A DNA stretch of 64,000 nucleotides, taken from assembly GCA_964560005.1 (NCBI GenBank), contig CAZLKB010000002.1, positions 64,381 to 128,380 of the forward strand, written 5' to 3'. Below the pieces are notes generated by a model. It made no database searches, was not told the origin of the DNA, and was given only the letters and a program-made list of their open reading frames with translations. Source of the stretch: an uncultured Gammaproteobacteria bacterium (lineage in GTDB: Bacteria > Patescibacteriota > Patescibacteriia > Patescibacteriales > GWC2-42-12). The translations under genes and the position numbers were made by a program. Below are positions 26,889 to 36,294 of this stretch, piece by piece (within the stretch, counting starts at the first letter, position 1; every line of letters begins with the position of its first letter).

Positions 26889-27815
26889 ATGATATCAATT
26901 ATTGTTCCAATTTATAATGAAGAGGAAACTGTAGCTGAATTACATCGGCGGATTGTGGCGGCTATGCAAAAGGAAAATAAGTCTTACGAAATAATTTTTG
27001 TTGATGATGGTTCCACCGATAGGACGCGGGAGATTATGAAGACTTTGCATCCGCTCAAGGCGGTATTTCTGCAAAAAAATTATGGTGAAACGCCAGCCTT
27101 AGAAATGGGCGTTCAGGAAGCCAATGGCGATATTGTCGTTTTTTCCGATGCCGACCTGCAGGATGATCCGGCGGAAATTCCGAAAATGCTAAAGAAAATC
27201 GAAGAGGGTTATGACGTGGTGGTTGGCTGGCGTAAAGATAGAATAGATCGTTGGACTCGTCGCTTATTTTCATACTTCGCCAATCGAATGCTAAATTATA
27301 TTTCCGGCATGGATATACATGATTTTGGCTGCGGTTTAAAAATTTACCGGAGTATTTTTATTAAGGATTTTAAACTTTTCGGCCATGCGCAAGTATTTTT
27401 GCCGGCGGTAGCCAAAGAAAAGGGGGCTAAAATATATGAAATGGGAGTAAGGCACTCTTCCCGCCAGTCGGGCGATTCAAAATTTAATATCTCTCATATG
27501 CTTAAGGGGATATTTGATTTGATCAGTGTAGTTTTTTTCATTAAATATTTTTTCAAGCCTTTAAGATTTTTTGGCGGTTGGGGAGCGGCGTCGGTTTTAT
27601 TGGCTATATTAATGTTCGGCGCCGCTATTGTTTTGCGGCTCTTCGGCATTTTAAATTTTACCGAAACGCCATTGCCGATTGTCGGGTCTTTGTTTGCTAT
27701 GCTCGGTATTTTGCTTTTTATGATGGGGCTATTAGCGGAAATTTTGTTAAGAACTTTTTACCTTAGCACCAATCGCTCCCCCTATATCGTTAAAGAAGTA
27801 AAAGAAAATAAATGA
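26889..27815 (+). CDS. GT2 polyprenyl-phosphate glycosyltransferase with C-terminal TM pair (GtrB/ArnC-like)
   Basis: Motifs ISIIVPIYNEEETV, IIFVDDGSTDRT and SDADLQDDP, plus two C-terminal TM helices. This is the GtrB/ArnC/DPM1-type architecture. Confidence 0.85.
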   Translation: MISIIVPIYNEEETVAELHRRIVAAMQKENKSYEIIFVDDGSTDRTREIMKTLHPLKAVFLQKNYGETPALEMGVQEANGDIVVFSDADLQDDPAEIPKMLKKIEEGYDVVVGWRKDRIDRWTRRLFSYFANRMLNYISGMDIHDFGCGLKIYRSIFIKDFKLFGHAQVFLPAVAKEKGAKIYEMGVRHSSRQSGDSKFNISHMLKGIFDLISVVFFIKYFFKPLRFFGGWGAASVLLAILMFGAAIVLRLFGILNFTETPLPIVGSLFAMLGILLFMMGLLAEILLRTFYLSTNRSPYIVKEVKENK

Positions 27816-28927
27816 AAAAAAATAGAAAATTAGAGGTGGCCATTATAGGCGGGGGCATTTTCGGCATAACTTCGGCTTTAATTTTAAGTGAAGATTTTAA
27901 GGTGACTATTTTTGAAAGGCGTGAAGATATTTTGGGGGAAGCGACTTGGGCTAATCAATACCGCCATCATGCCGGCTATCATTATTTAAGAAGCCCCCAA
28001 ACAATTAGAGAAATTCAAGAGACGGCAAAAGATTTCGAACAATTTTATAAAAATATTATTATAAAAAAATTTCCGAGTTTTTACGCAGTGGCGAAAGAAA
28101 ACTCTCTCGTTTCGGCTGTCCAATTTTTAAGTGTTTGCGATAAATTTGATTTAAAATTTAAAGAGGGCTGGCCGCCACCGGAATTTTTAAATAGAGAGAA
28201 GATTAGCCTTTGCGGAAAGACCAGCGAAGCGATTTATGATTGGCGCGGCTTAAAGAAGTTTTTAAAAACGAAAATCAAACAAAATGAAGCCGTGCGTTTG
28301 TCTTTGACCAGTAAGGTAATTGGAGTAAAAGTCAATCAAGACGGCGTTAAAACTTTAACAATTGCAAAAAACGGTAAAGAAACTAAGCAAAATTTTGATT
28401 TTGTGGTCAATACCACTTACGTTAATTTTAATAGTCTTAGCCAGTGGCTGGGGATTTCTCGGCCGGAAATCCATTATCGTCTAAAGGAAATAGTGGTGGT
28501 TAAGATAAATCAACCGGAAAAAATTGGCGTGACGATTGTTGACGGTCCCTTTGCCACTTATTTGCCGACCGGGCAGGGCGATCTTTATACCTTCGGCGAT
28601 GTGCCATTATCAATCCATGAAGATTATTTTTCAAAAAACGACGCCTCCAAAATAGAAAATAAGTTGTTAAAGTTGAAGACTCGCTGGCCAGAAATGCGGG
28701 AACGCTGCCGCCAATGGTTTCCCCTGGTTGATAAAATGCGTTATAGTTATTCCATGTTCGTTATTCTGCCGGTAGAACCTAAGTCCGATAAAACCGACGC
28801 CCGCCCCACCAGAGTAGAAAACCACGGTTCCGGTTGCTGGTCGATATTAAGCGGTAAAATTATTACTTGCGTAACAAACGCTAAAAGTTTACAAAAAGAG
28901 ATAAAAAATGAAGCTGGTATTTTATGA
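27812..28927 (+). CDS. FAD-dependent oxidoreductase (DAO-like)
   Basis: N-terminal dinucleotide fold VAIIGGGIFGITSALIL...IFE. ATGA overlaps on both sides. Confidence 0.65.
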   Translation: MKKNRKLEVAIIGGGIFGITSALILSEDFKVTIFERREDILGEATWANQYRHHAGYHYLRSPQTIREIQETAKDFEQFYKNIIIKKFPSFYAVAKENSLVSAVQFLSVCDKFDLKFKEGWPPPEFLNREKISLCGKTSEAIYDWRGLKKFLKTKIKQNEAVRLSLTSKVIGVKVNQDGVKTLTIAKNGKETKQNFDFVVNTTYVNFNSLSQWLGISRPEIHYRLKEIVVVKINQPEKIGVTIVDGPFATYLPTGQGDLYTFGDVPLSIHEDYFSKNDASKIENKLLKLKTRWPEMRERCRQWFPLVDKMRYSYSMFVILPVEPKSDKTDARPTRVENHGSGCWSILSGKIITCVTNAKSLQKEIKNEAGIL

Positions 28928-29922
28928 AAAAATTTAATGTTTCACCGATTATTTTCAGCCGGACGCCTTTTCGTTTATCGCTTGGCGGCGGTTCAACCGA
29001 TTTGCCATCGTATTATCAAAAGTACGGCGGTTTTATTTTTGCTGTTTCGATTAATATGTATATGGATATTTTTGTTAAAAAGCCGGTAACCGACGATCTG
29101 GTCCATATGCATTATTTAAAATATGAAAATGAAACGTCGGCTGATAAAATAAAACACACTATTGGCCGAGAGTCATTGCGATTGCTTGGCATTAAAAATA
29201 AAATTTTAGTTTCTTTCAACGCCGATACGCCGTCCGGCACCGGACTGGGTTCTTCAGGCGCTTGCGCGATCGGTTTGCTCAAAGCCTTGTCGTTATTTAA
29301 GGGCAGGGAGATGAATAATTTAAAAGCTGCCCAGACAGCTTTTAAATTGACCCAGAACTTAGGATTGCCTGACGGCAAGCAAGATCCTTATATTTGCGCT
29401 TTGGGAGGGTTTGCGGTTTTAGAAATTGCTAAAAACGGTTTAGTTAAAATAATCAAACCTAAAATTTCTACCGGTACAGCTAATAGATTTTTAAAAAATA
29501 CCCTCTTGCTTTATACCGGTGTCAATCGCGACAGCGCACCGATTTTAGCCGCCCAAGACGTTAAAAAAGTTTTAGAATTAAAACATCAGACTAAAAAAAT
29601 CGGGCAAGAGATTTATCGATGTTTTTTAAAAGGCGACTTAGATAAATTCGGTAGATTAATGGACAAGCACTGGCAGATAAAAAAAGCGATGTCAGCCGAT
29701 ATGAGCAACAGTAATTTTGACCAAGTTTATAATTTGGCTAAACGGGCCGGCGCGCTGGGCGGTAAGATAATCGGCGCGGGCGGAGGAGGCTATTTTATGT
29801 TTTATTGTCCCGCCGAGTCGGCTAAAGAGCGCGTACGCCTTTCCTTAAAACCGTTTAATCTGCGAGAAATAAATTTTGGTATTGATGAAAAAGGATCGAG
29901 GGCAAAAGCGTTGTATTTTTAG
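28924..29922 (+). CDS. GHMP-family sugar kinase (HddA-like D-glycero-D-manno-heptose 7-phosphate kinase candidate)
   Basis: RTPFRLSLGGGSTDLPSYY N-terminus and GHMP motif II PSGTGLGSSGACAIG. Confidence 0.8.
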   Translation: MKKFNVSPIIFSRTPFRLSLGGGSTDLPSYYQKYGGFIFAVSINMYMDIFVKKPVTDDLVHMHYLKYENETSADKIKHTIGRESLRLLGIKNKILVSFNADTPSGTGLGSSGACAIGLLKALSLFKGREMNNLKAAQTAFKLTQNLGLPDGKQDPYICALGGFAVLEIAKNGLVKIIKPKISTGTANRFLKNTLLLYTGVNRDSAPILAAQDVKKVLELKHQTKKIGQEIYRCFLKGDLDKFGRLMDKHWQIKKAMSADMSNSNFDQVYNLAKRAGALGGKIIGAGGGGYFMFYCPAESAKERVRLSLKPFNLREINFGIDEKGSRAKALYF

Positions 29923-29999
29923 GAATAGTTAAGCAATCCGTAGTAGATAAGATTATGTTGCAATCCCCAGAAAATTTGTTTTCGGGAAAAAATATGCGT

Positions 30000-30030
30000 G
30001 GGGGGGGTAATACAGAAAATAATTTATAAT
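30000..30030 (+). promoter_or_regulatory. G8 homopolymer tract occupying the -35 position of a TATAAT promoter
   Basis: G8 at 30000-30007, a 17-nt spacer, TATAAT at 30025-30030, then the ATG at 30054. Confidence 0.4.
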
Positions 30031-30053
30031 TTGATGGATTTAGTCGGAATTAA

Positions 30054-30905
30054 ATGAAAGAAAATTTTTTAAATTTTTTAATTTGTCCTTATTGCCGCGG
30101 CGCGTTGATTTCCGGCGCTGAAGGTTTTCGCTGTGCGGCCTGCGCTAGGGATTACTACCTAAGAAACGGCGTGATTTTTTTTCGGAAGGAAGGATCCGTA
30201 GAAAATGAGGGATCCGGCGACCGCCTTATTTTTGCTTTAAAGAATTTTGTTAAACGCTCGCCAAAGCTTTTTCATTTTTTAAACAATATTTTGGGCGTTT
30301 ATTTGATGTCAGCTCGCAAAGTCATCGGTCGTTTGCCTAAAAATTGCTTAATTATTAATTTGGGCTCTGGTTCAGAAATTTTAAGGGAAGATGTTATTAA
30401 TGTTGATTACGAGCCTTACCCCGGCGTAAAAATAGTGGGGGACGCTCAGTATTTGCCGTTAGCCGACAGCAGTGTCGACGCCTTAGCGGCAGAATCGCTT
30501 TTAGAACATGTGCGGGATCCTAAGCTTGTTATTGAAGAAATTTACCGCGTGCTTAAGCCTGGCGGACTGGTTTATTTAACCGTGCCTTTTATTATCGGAT
30601 TTCATTCATCCCCTGAGGATTATTGGCGTTGGACCAGCCAGGGTTTGCACCACTTTCTGGCTGAAAAATTTCATGAAGAGAATATTGGTATAGCTGTCGG
30701 TCCGACTGCGGCTTTTACATATATTTTACGCGAATGGTTGGCGACCTTGTTGTCTTTTAATTCTAACTTTGTTCATCAAATTTTAGTTTTGATTTTTATG
30801 GTTCTTTTTGCGCCGTTGAATTTGCTTGATTATTTTTTAGCAAATTATAAATCAGCAAAAAATATCGCCCACATTTTTTATTTTATCGGCGTTAAAAGGC
30901 AATGA
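30054..30905 (+). CDS. Zinc-ribbon (Trm112-like) domain fused to a class I SAM methyltransferase
   Basis: CPYCRG...FRCAACARDY four-Cys ribbon, then an Methyltransf_11-like core (DALAAESLLEHV...LKPGGLVYLTVP) and a hydrophobic tail. Confidence 0.75.
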   Translation: MKENFLNFLICPYCRGALISGAEGFRCAACARDYYLRNGVIFFRKEGSVENEGSGDRLIFALKNFVKRSPKLFHFLNNILGVYLMSARKVIGRLPKNCLIINLGSGSEILREDVINVDYEPYPGVKIVGDAQYLPLADSSVDALAAESLLEHVRDPKLVIEEIYRVLKPGGLVYLTVPFIIGFHSSPEDYWRWTSQGLHHFLAEKFHEENIGIAVGPTAAFTYILREWLATLLSFNSNFVHQILVLIFMVLFAPLNLLDYFLANYKSAKNIAHIFYFIGVKRQ

Positions 30906-30906
30906 T

Positions 30907-32751
30907 ATGAAAATTATTGAGTTTATTAAAAAAGAATTTAAACAGCATTATTTAGCCATTCTTTTTGCTGTTTTAGTCGGGCTGATTTATGTCAGCCCCT
31001 ACTTATTTTTTAGCTGGTCGTTAGGTAGTAAATATCAGGGGATACAGATGATTGCGACCGCCAACGAAGATGCCTACCTAGGGATTATGCAAGAAATAAT
31101 CGACGGCCATCCAGCAGTGGGCTCTTTTCCTTTTTTTGAGTATAAAGACAACTGGCCGTTAACTCCGCCGGTTGTCGCTTATTTCTACGCGTTGCCGGCG
31201 TTGCTGCTCAATATTTCAATAGTTAAAATTCTAATCTTAAGCAAGTTTATCCTGCCTTTTGTTTTGTTTATTTTAGTCTACTTTTTAATTAATAAGCTCA
31301 CGGAAAATTCGTGGTTGTTATCCAATAAGATGAATGCGATAGCCGGAGCAATGCTCGTAACTCTCGGTTATGATTTAGTGGATTTTCGCAGTCTGCTAAT
31401 TTTTTTAAAGGGCCAGATTACTCTAGGGGGTAAATTTTTAATTTGGGCCCGGCCGGTTAATCCCATTTTTGGGGCAATTTTTTTATTTTCATTTTTAATC
31501 TGCCTCTGGCTGCTTATTGAGAAATCAAAATACAGAAAAAGCTTAATATTTTTTTCTTCTTTGTTTTTAGCTTTGATGGTTTCCAGTTATTTTTTTAGCT
31601 GGGGCATGGCTTTATCGGTTTTATCCGTGGTAACTTTAATATATTTATTTAAGAAAGAATTTCAGGTCGTAAAAAATTCATTTTGGATCTTAGCTTGGGC
31701 GATTATTATGACTTTACCTTATTGGTATATATCTTTTAAGGCTAGCCAGAGCCCATGGTATCATGATTCCGTACTAAGGAGCGGGCTGTTTTATACCCAT
31801 TATCCCTTATTAAACCTATTAGTTTTGGCAACGTTGGCGGTTTATTTAATTATGGTTTTTGGTTCCATCTTTAAGATAGAAAAGTCAGCCGCTGATCGAA
31901 GGGGCCCCATAGCGCTTAATTTCCTCAAGCTTAAAAATTGGCATTGGTTTTGCCTGTCATTGCTTTTAGGCTCTGTTTGGGCATATAGTCAGCAGATAAT
32001 TACCGGCCTAACTATCTGGCCTTTTCATTTTGTCCAATACACCATTCCTTTATCAATGGTAGTAATCTGCGTTTTGTTTTATAATATCGTTAAAAAGTGG
32101 CGGCCGTTTTTATGGGCTTTGGTAATATCGGTTATGATTAGCTTGTCTTTTATTTTTGGCGTTATAGTCCAGGTAGAGACTTACAAAATGAACTTTGATA
32201 ATTATGCCAGACTGCAATCTTATAAACCGGTTTTTAACTGGCTGAATCAGCAAGAAAAAGACAGTGTGATTTTGGTAAGCGACCAAAATCAGGGCGCGAC
32301 CCCTTTGCCATTTAATTTCGGCACCCTGATATTGGCTCTCACCCATTGTAATGTTTATATAGATACTGACACCTTTTCTATAATGCCCACAGATCGGTTG
32401 CTTCATAATTATTTAGTTTTATTGCGCCTAAAGGGCGTAACCGCCCAGACAATTGAACCATACTTAAAAAACAACCAGTCCGAAGCCGAGAGCTATCTCT
32501 ATTCTAATTGGAAGGGCGTTTATAAGGTTAAGCAATTCCCGGATTTTACCGATGCCATACTTCCGGAGAGGCTGGAAGAATTACCCGAAGATTTTCGCCA
32601 ATTCATGAAACAAGATTTTTCTGAAGAGCTGAAGAAATATCGGCTGGATTATATTTTATCCGTAGGCACGTTGCCGGACGGCCTGCAAAGGGACTTGCCG
32701 AATTTAAAGAGGATTTTTCAGCATAAGGATATACAAATTTATAAATTTTAA
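30907..32751 (+). CDS. Large polytopic membrane protein with C-terminal soluble domain (GT-C-like candidate, function unknown)
   Basis: 614 aa. The first ~430 aa hold roughly a dozen hydrophobic helices, with an acidic first loop (ATANEDAYLGIMQEIIDGHP). The last ~190 aa are hydrophilic. No family motif recognised. Confidence 0.5.
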   Translation: MKIIEFIKKEFKQHYLAILFAVLVGLIYVSPYLFFSWSLGSKYQGIQMIATANEDAYLGIMQEIIDGHPAVGSFPFFEYKDNWPLTPPVVAYFYALPALLLNISIVKILILSKFILPFVLFILVYFLINKLTENSWLLSNKMNAIAGAMLVTLGYDLVDFRSLLIFLKGQITLGGKFLIWARPVNPIFGAIFLFSFLICLWLLIEKSKYRKSLIFFSSLFLALMVSSYFFSWGMALSVLSVVTLIYLFKKEFQVVKNSFWILAWAIIMTLPYWYISFKASQSPWYHDSVLRSGLFYTHYPLLNLLVLATLAVYLIMVFGSIFKIEKSAADRRGPIALNFLKLKNWHWFCLSLLLGSVWAYSQQIITGLTIWPFHFVQYTIPLSMVVICVLFYNIVKKWRPFLWALVISVMISLSFIFGVIVQVETYKMNFDNYARLQSYKPVFNWLNQQEKDSVILVSDQNQGATPLPFNFGTLILALTHCNVYIDTDTFSIMPTDRLLHNYLVLLRLKGVTAQTIEPYLKNNQSEAESYLYSNWKGVYKVKQFPDFTDAILPERLEELPEDFRQFMKQDFSEELKKYRLDYILSVGTLPDGLQRDLPNLKRIFQHKDIQIYKF

Positions 32752-32756
32752 CATTC

Positions 32757-33827
32757 ATGGTGGTACACTTTTTTACCAAGGGGGATATTAATAGCGCCAC
32801 AGCCAGGTATAGAGGGTTTTTAGTGGCTAGCGAATTAAACTCAAGAGGCTTTGAAACTATTATCTATCAGCCGCCGATCTGGCAGCCGTTTTTTAAAATA
32901 AGCGTGGCTAGGCTAAAAGAGCTATGGCGGCACGCTAGAATTTTATTTTTTGTTAAGCGAGGCGACGTCATTTACCTAGTTAGAACCGTTTATCAATATG
33001 ATTTTTTATTACTGGTGATTTTTTTTAAGATATTTTTTGGAAAAAAAATTATTTTTGATTTTGACGATCCGATTTTTTTAAGGCGGAACTTCAGGTTGAG
33101 AATGATAATTTTAACCAAACTAGCCGATGCTGTTATCGTCGGCAGCCACTATTTGGCTGAATGGGCAAAAAGATACAATAAAAAAGTTTTTATAGTGCCG
33201 ACATCAATTCCTTTTGATATTTACGCTAAAAACAGCAAATTGTATAACCATGGCGACGGCAGCAAGCTGATGATTGGCTGGGTTGGCAACGCCCCGGCTC
33301 ATTATGAAAATTTAAAGATTTTAGTACCGGTTTTTAAAGAATTAGTAAAAATCGGCGTTCAATTTAAATTTACTTTGGTTGGCTCCCTTAGGGACAACAG
33401 GATTTATCAGCTTTTTAAATCAATCAATGGTTTAGAAGTTATTTTTATTGATAGTTTGGACTGGAAAAATCCAGAAAACATTGCCAGACAGATTAGTCAG
33501 TTTGATCTCGGGCTGATGCCCCTAGTGGAAAGCGAGTGGAATAAGGGGAAGTGCGCCTTTAAAGCGATTGAGTATATGGCTTGCGGCGTGGCGCCGATAG
33601 TGTCGGCGGTAGGAGAGAATAATTACCTTATTCAAGAGGGAAAGAATGGTTTTTTGGCAAGCTCAAGCCAGGCTTGGGTGAATAAAATTTACAATTTGTC
33701 TAAAGACAGGGCATTGCTCAAACAAATAGGCCGAAGAGCGCAGTTAACCATAAAAGATAATTACTCTTTTTCGGCCAATCTGCCGGAAATAATAAAAATA
33801 ATCAAAAGCTTAGTAAAGCCGCAATAA
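32757..33827 (+). CDS. Glycosyltransferase, GT-B fold
   Basis: C-terminal motif KCAFKAIEYMACGVAPIVSAVGEN, typical of GT1/GT4. Confidence 0.75.
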   Translation: MVVHFFTKGDINSATARYRGFLVASELNSRGFETIIYQPPIWQPFFKISVARLKELWRHARILFFVKRGDVIYLVRTVYQYDFLLLVIFFKIFFGKKIIFDFDDPIFLRRNFRLRMIILTKLADAVIVGSHYLAEWAKRYNKKVFIVPTSIPFDIYAKNSKLYNHGDGSKLMIGWVGNAPAHYENLKILVPVFKELVKIGVQFKFTLVGSLRDNRIYQLFKSINGLEVIFIDSLDWKNPENIARQISQFDLGLMPLVESEWNKGKCAFKAIEYMACGVAPIVSAVGENNYLIQEGKNGFLASSSQAWVNKIYNLSKDRALLKQIGRRAQLTIKDNYSFSANLPEIIKIIKSLVKPQ

Positions 33828-33841
33828 AAATTTTAAGAAAC

Positions 33842-35341
33842 ATGACCGTAATTTTGTTTTCATTTGAATTAAGATCAGTGAATAGCCGTCTGTTAGCTGC
33901 ATATTTGAAGGAGCGCGGGCACAAAGTATTTATCATTTTTTGCCTTGGCGCTGTTTCCAAAAAAATGGCTAGCGCAGCTTTAGAATTTGTCAAAGCCAGT
34001 GATGTTGGTCTAATCGGAATAAGCCTAGTAACCGATGACTTTGAAAAAGCAAAACTTCTAACCGACGTTATTAAACAGGACGTGAAGGTTCCGATAATTT
34101 GGGGAGGGGCGCACCCTAGCATTCGTCCAGACGAGTGCCTTAAATACGCGGATATGGTTTGCCAGGGAGAAGGCGAGGAGGCGCTAGCTGAGTTATGCGA
34201 GAGCATAGATAAGAAGCAGAATCGTTTGGATATTAAAAATATTGTTTTTAAAAAAGACGGCCAGACCATAAGAAACGACATTCGCTGTTTGACGGAGGAT
34301 CTAGATGCTCTGCCCTTCGAGGACGTGGAGATAAAAGACCACTTAGTTTTGACGGAAGAGGGGATAAAACCATTTGGCGAAGATTTTTTAAGAGGACAAT
34401 ACAGTATTATGTGTTCTCGCGGTTGCCCTTTTTCTTGCAGTTATTGTTATAATAATGAACGGCGGAGAAAGTATTCAAATAAAGGAAAATATCTGCGGGA
34501 GAGATCGATTGAAAGTGTCTTGGAGGAATTAGTTAAAGTTAAAAGAAGATTTCCCTCGTTAAAACTTGTCAATTTTTGGGATGATAATTTTTTTAGTAGA
34601 GACGAAAAACAGCTGGCCGCCTTTGCCGAAGGCTACAGAAGGTTAATTAATTTGCCATTTTTCTGCTTGGCTAATCCTAGTAATGTTAGCGAAGAGAAAA
34701 TAAAACTATTAAAGTCGGCCGGGTTATTTAAGATGCAAATCGGCGTACAAACCGGAAGCGAGCGAGTTAATTTTAAAGTTTACCATCGTCCGATTTTAAA
34801 TAAAAACGTTATTCAGCTGGCTTTCTTGTTGAAAAAATATAAAATAACGCCTGTTTATGACATTATTTTTAATAATCCTTATGAAGCCAAAGAAGATTTA
34901 AAAGAGACGATTAAACTACTGGCTCGTTTTCCTAAGCCGTTTGTCTTGCAAGGGTTTAATTTGATTTTTTATCCAGGCAGTGATATCACTGATCAAGCAA
35001 TCAAAGATTCGTATATACAAACGACTTCGCGAATAGATGAGTTGGCGAAAATACAGTCATCGGAAAATACTCCCTTAGGCGAAACTGGCGAGGTGTTAGT
35101 TAGCGAAAGATTTTATAAAGTTCTTTATTCAGTTAAAGAAAAGGAATATCTTAATTCTCTAATTGTTCTTATCCAGCATTATCCGGCGTTTTTAATAATA
35201 CTTTTATCATTTCAAGAGAATTTTTTAACAAGAAGGTGCGTGTTTTTTCTTTTCTGGTTTAGAAGGACGGCCGCTAGAATGAAGTTTTGGCTGAGGCAGA
35301 TTGTTAACCGCGCGAAAAATTCGGTTAGGGCAAAAGTATAA
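33842..35341 (+). CDS. B12-binding domain radical SAM enzyme (paralog E)
   Basis: Cluster CSRGCPFSCSYCYN, B12-like N-terminal domain, core motif MQIGVQTGSE, hydrophobic C-terminal segment. Confidence 0.8.
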   Translation: MTVILFSFELRSVNSRLLAAYLKERGHKVFIIFCLGAVSKKMASAALEFVKASDVGLIGISLVTDDFEKAKLLTDVIKQDVKVPIIWGGAHPSIRPDECLKYADMVCQGEGEEALAELCESIDKKQNRLDIKNIVFKKDGQTIRNDIRCLTEDLDALPFEDVEIKDHLVLTEEGIKPFGEDFLRGQYSIMCSRGCPFSCSYCYNNERRRKYSNKGKYLRERSIESVLEELVKVKRRFPSLKLVNFWDDNFFSRDEKQLAAFAEGYRRLINLPFFCLANPSNVSEEKIKLLKSAGLFKMQIGVQTGSERVNFKVYHRPILNKNVIQLAFLLKKYKITPVYDIIFNNPYEAKEDLKETIKLLARFPKPFVLQGFNLIFYPGSDITDQAIKDSYIQTTSRIDELAKIQSSENTPLGETGEVLVSERFYKVLYSVKEKEYLNSLIVLIQHYPAFLIILLSFQENFLTRRCVFFLFWFRRTAARMKFWLRQIVNRAKNSVRAKV

Positions 35342-35350
35342 TCAAAAATT

Positions 35351-36265
35351 ATGATAAAAATAGCCTGCAATATTTGCGGTTCAAATGATTACGATTTTTT
35401 ATTCAGCGGCCGAGATCGGTTTTGCCGGGTGGATAATCAATTATTTGACGTGGTAAAATGCCGTAATTGCGGCTTGGCGTATATTAATCCCCAGCCAACT
35501 CAATCAGAGTTAAAAAAGTATTACCCCGAGGATTATTCACCATACGAAAATAATTTAAATACGTTTAAGCTTGGTTGGTTTAGTAAAACATTGAAGAAGA
35601 CCCGGGATAAATTTAGAAAAAACAACCCCCCTTTAAAAGTTAACGGCCAGACTATAATTAAAGAAACGCCGATAAATTATCTTGATTTTGGTTGTGGCGG
35701 AGGGTTTAACTTAGAAAGAATTAAAAAAGATCATCCAACCTGGAATTTATACGGTCTTGATAATAACGATTTTGCTTGCGCCAAGACCAGGCAAAAGGGC
35801 TTTACAGTTTTTTGCGGCGATATTTCTGAAATAGAAATACCCGAAGGTTTCTTTGATGTGGTTAATATGAGGCAGGTTTTAGAGCACTTGAACGATCCTA
35901 AAGCCGTGCTTTTAAAAATCAACAAAATATTAAAAAGTGACGGCCAGCTGATAATCTCCCTGCCTAATTTTAATAGCCTGGCAGCCAGATTATTCAGGCA
36001 ATATTGGTACGATCTGGATGTCCCGCGGCATCTGTTCTTTTTTACCCCCGAGACTCTGGCAGTTTTACTAGAAAAAACCGGCTTCTCCGTTAAAAAAATT
36101 GAATACGAAAAAGAATTAAAAGCGGAGATAATCAGTCTATATTATTTATTAGGCAGAACAGACTTAAGGATTAATCCGATAATTTGGAGGATGTTAAGGC
36201 CAATCGCCTCAATTTTACATAAATTTAAAAAAACCAGCGTAATGGTGGTTCACGCCGTAAAATAA
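35351..36265 (+). CDS. Zinc-ribbon plus class I SAM methyltransferase
   Basis: CNICGS...VKCRNCGLAY ribbon, motif I YLDFGCGGGFNL, and VVNMRQVLEHL. Confidence 0.8.
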   Translation: MIKIACNICGSNDYDFLFSGRDRFCRVDNQLFDVVKCRNCGLAYINPQPTQSELKKYYPEDYSPYENNLNTFKLGWFSKTLKKTRDKFRKNNPPLKVNGQTIIKETPINYLDFGCGGGFNLERIKKDHPTWNLYGLDNNDFACAKTRQKGFTVFCGDISEIEIPEGFFDVVNMRQVLEHLNDPKAVLLKINKILKSDGQLIISLPNFNSLAARLFRQYWYDLDVPRHLFFFTPETLAVLLEKTGFSVKKIEYEKELKAEIISLYYLLGRTDLRINPIIWRMLRPIASILHKFKKTSVMVVHAVK

Positions 36266-36294
36266 TTTTTGAGATGGATTTTCTAGTATTAATT

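Noticed and set aside
29955-30029. 24-codon upstream ORF (MLQSPENLFSGKNMRGGGNTENNL) spanning the G8 tract. It could be a leader peptide whose frame depends on tract length.
   Set aside because: It has no ribosome-binding site and no conservation evidence, and it overlaps the predicted promoter, so it would not be transcribed from it. It cannot be supported from sequence alone.
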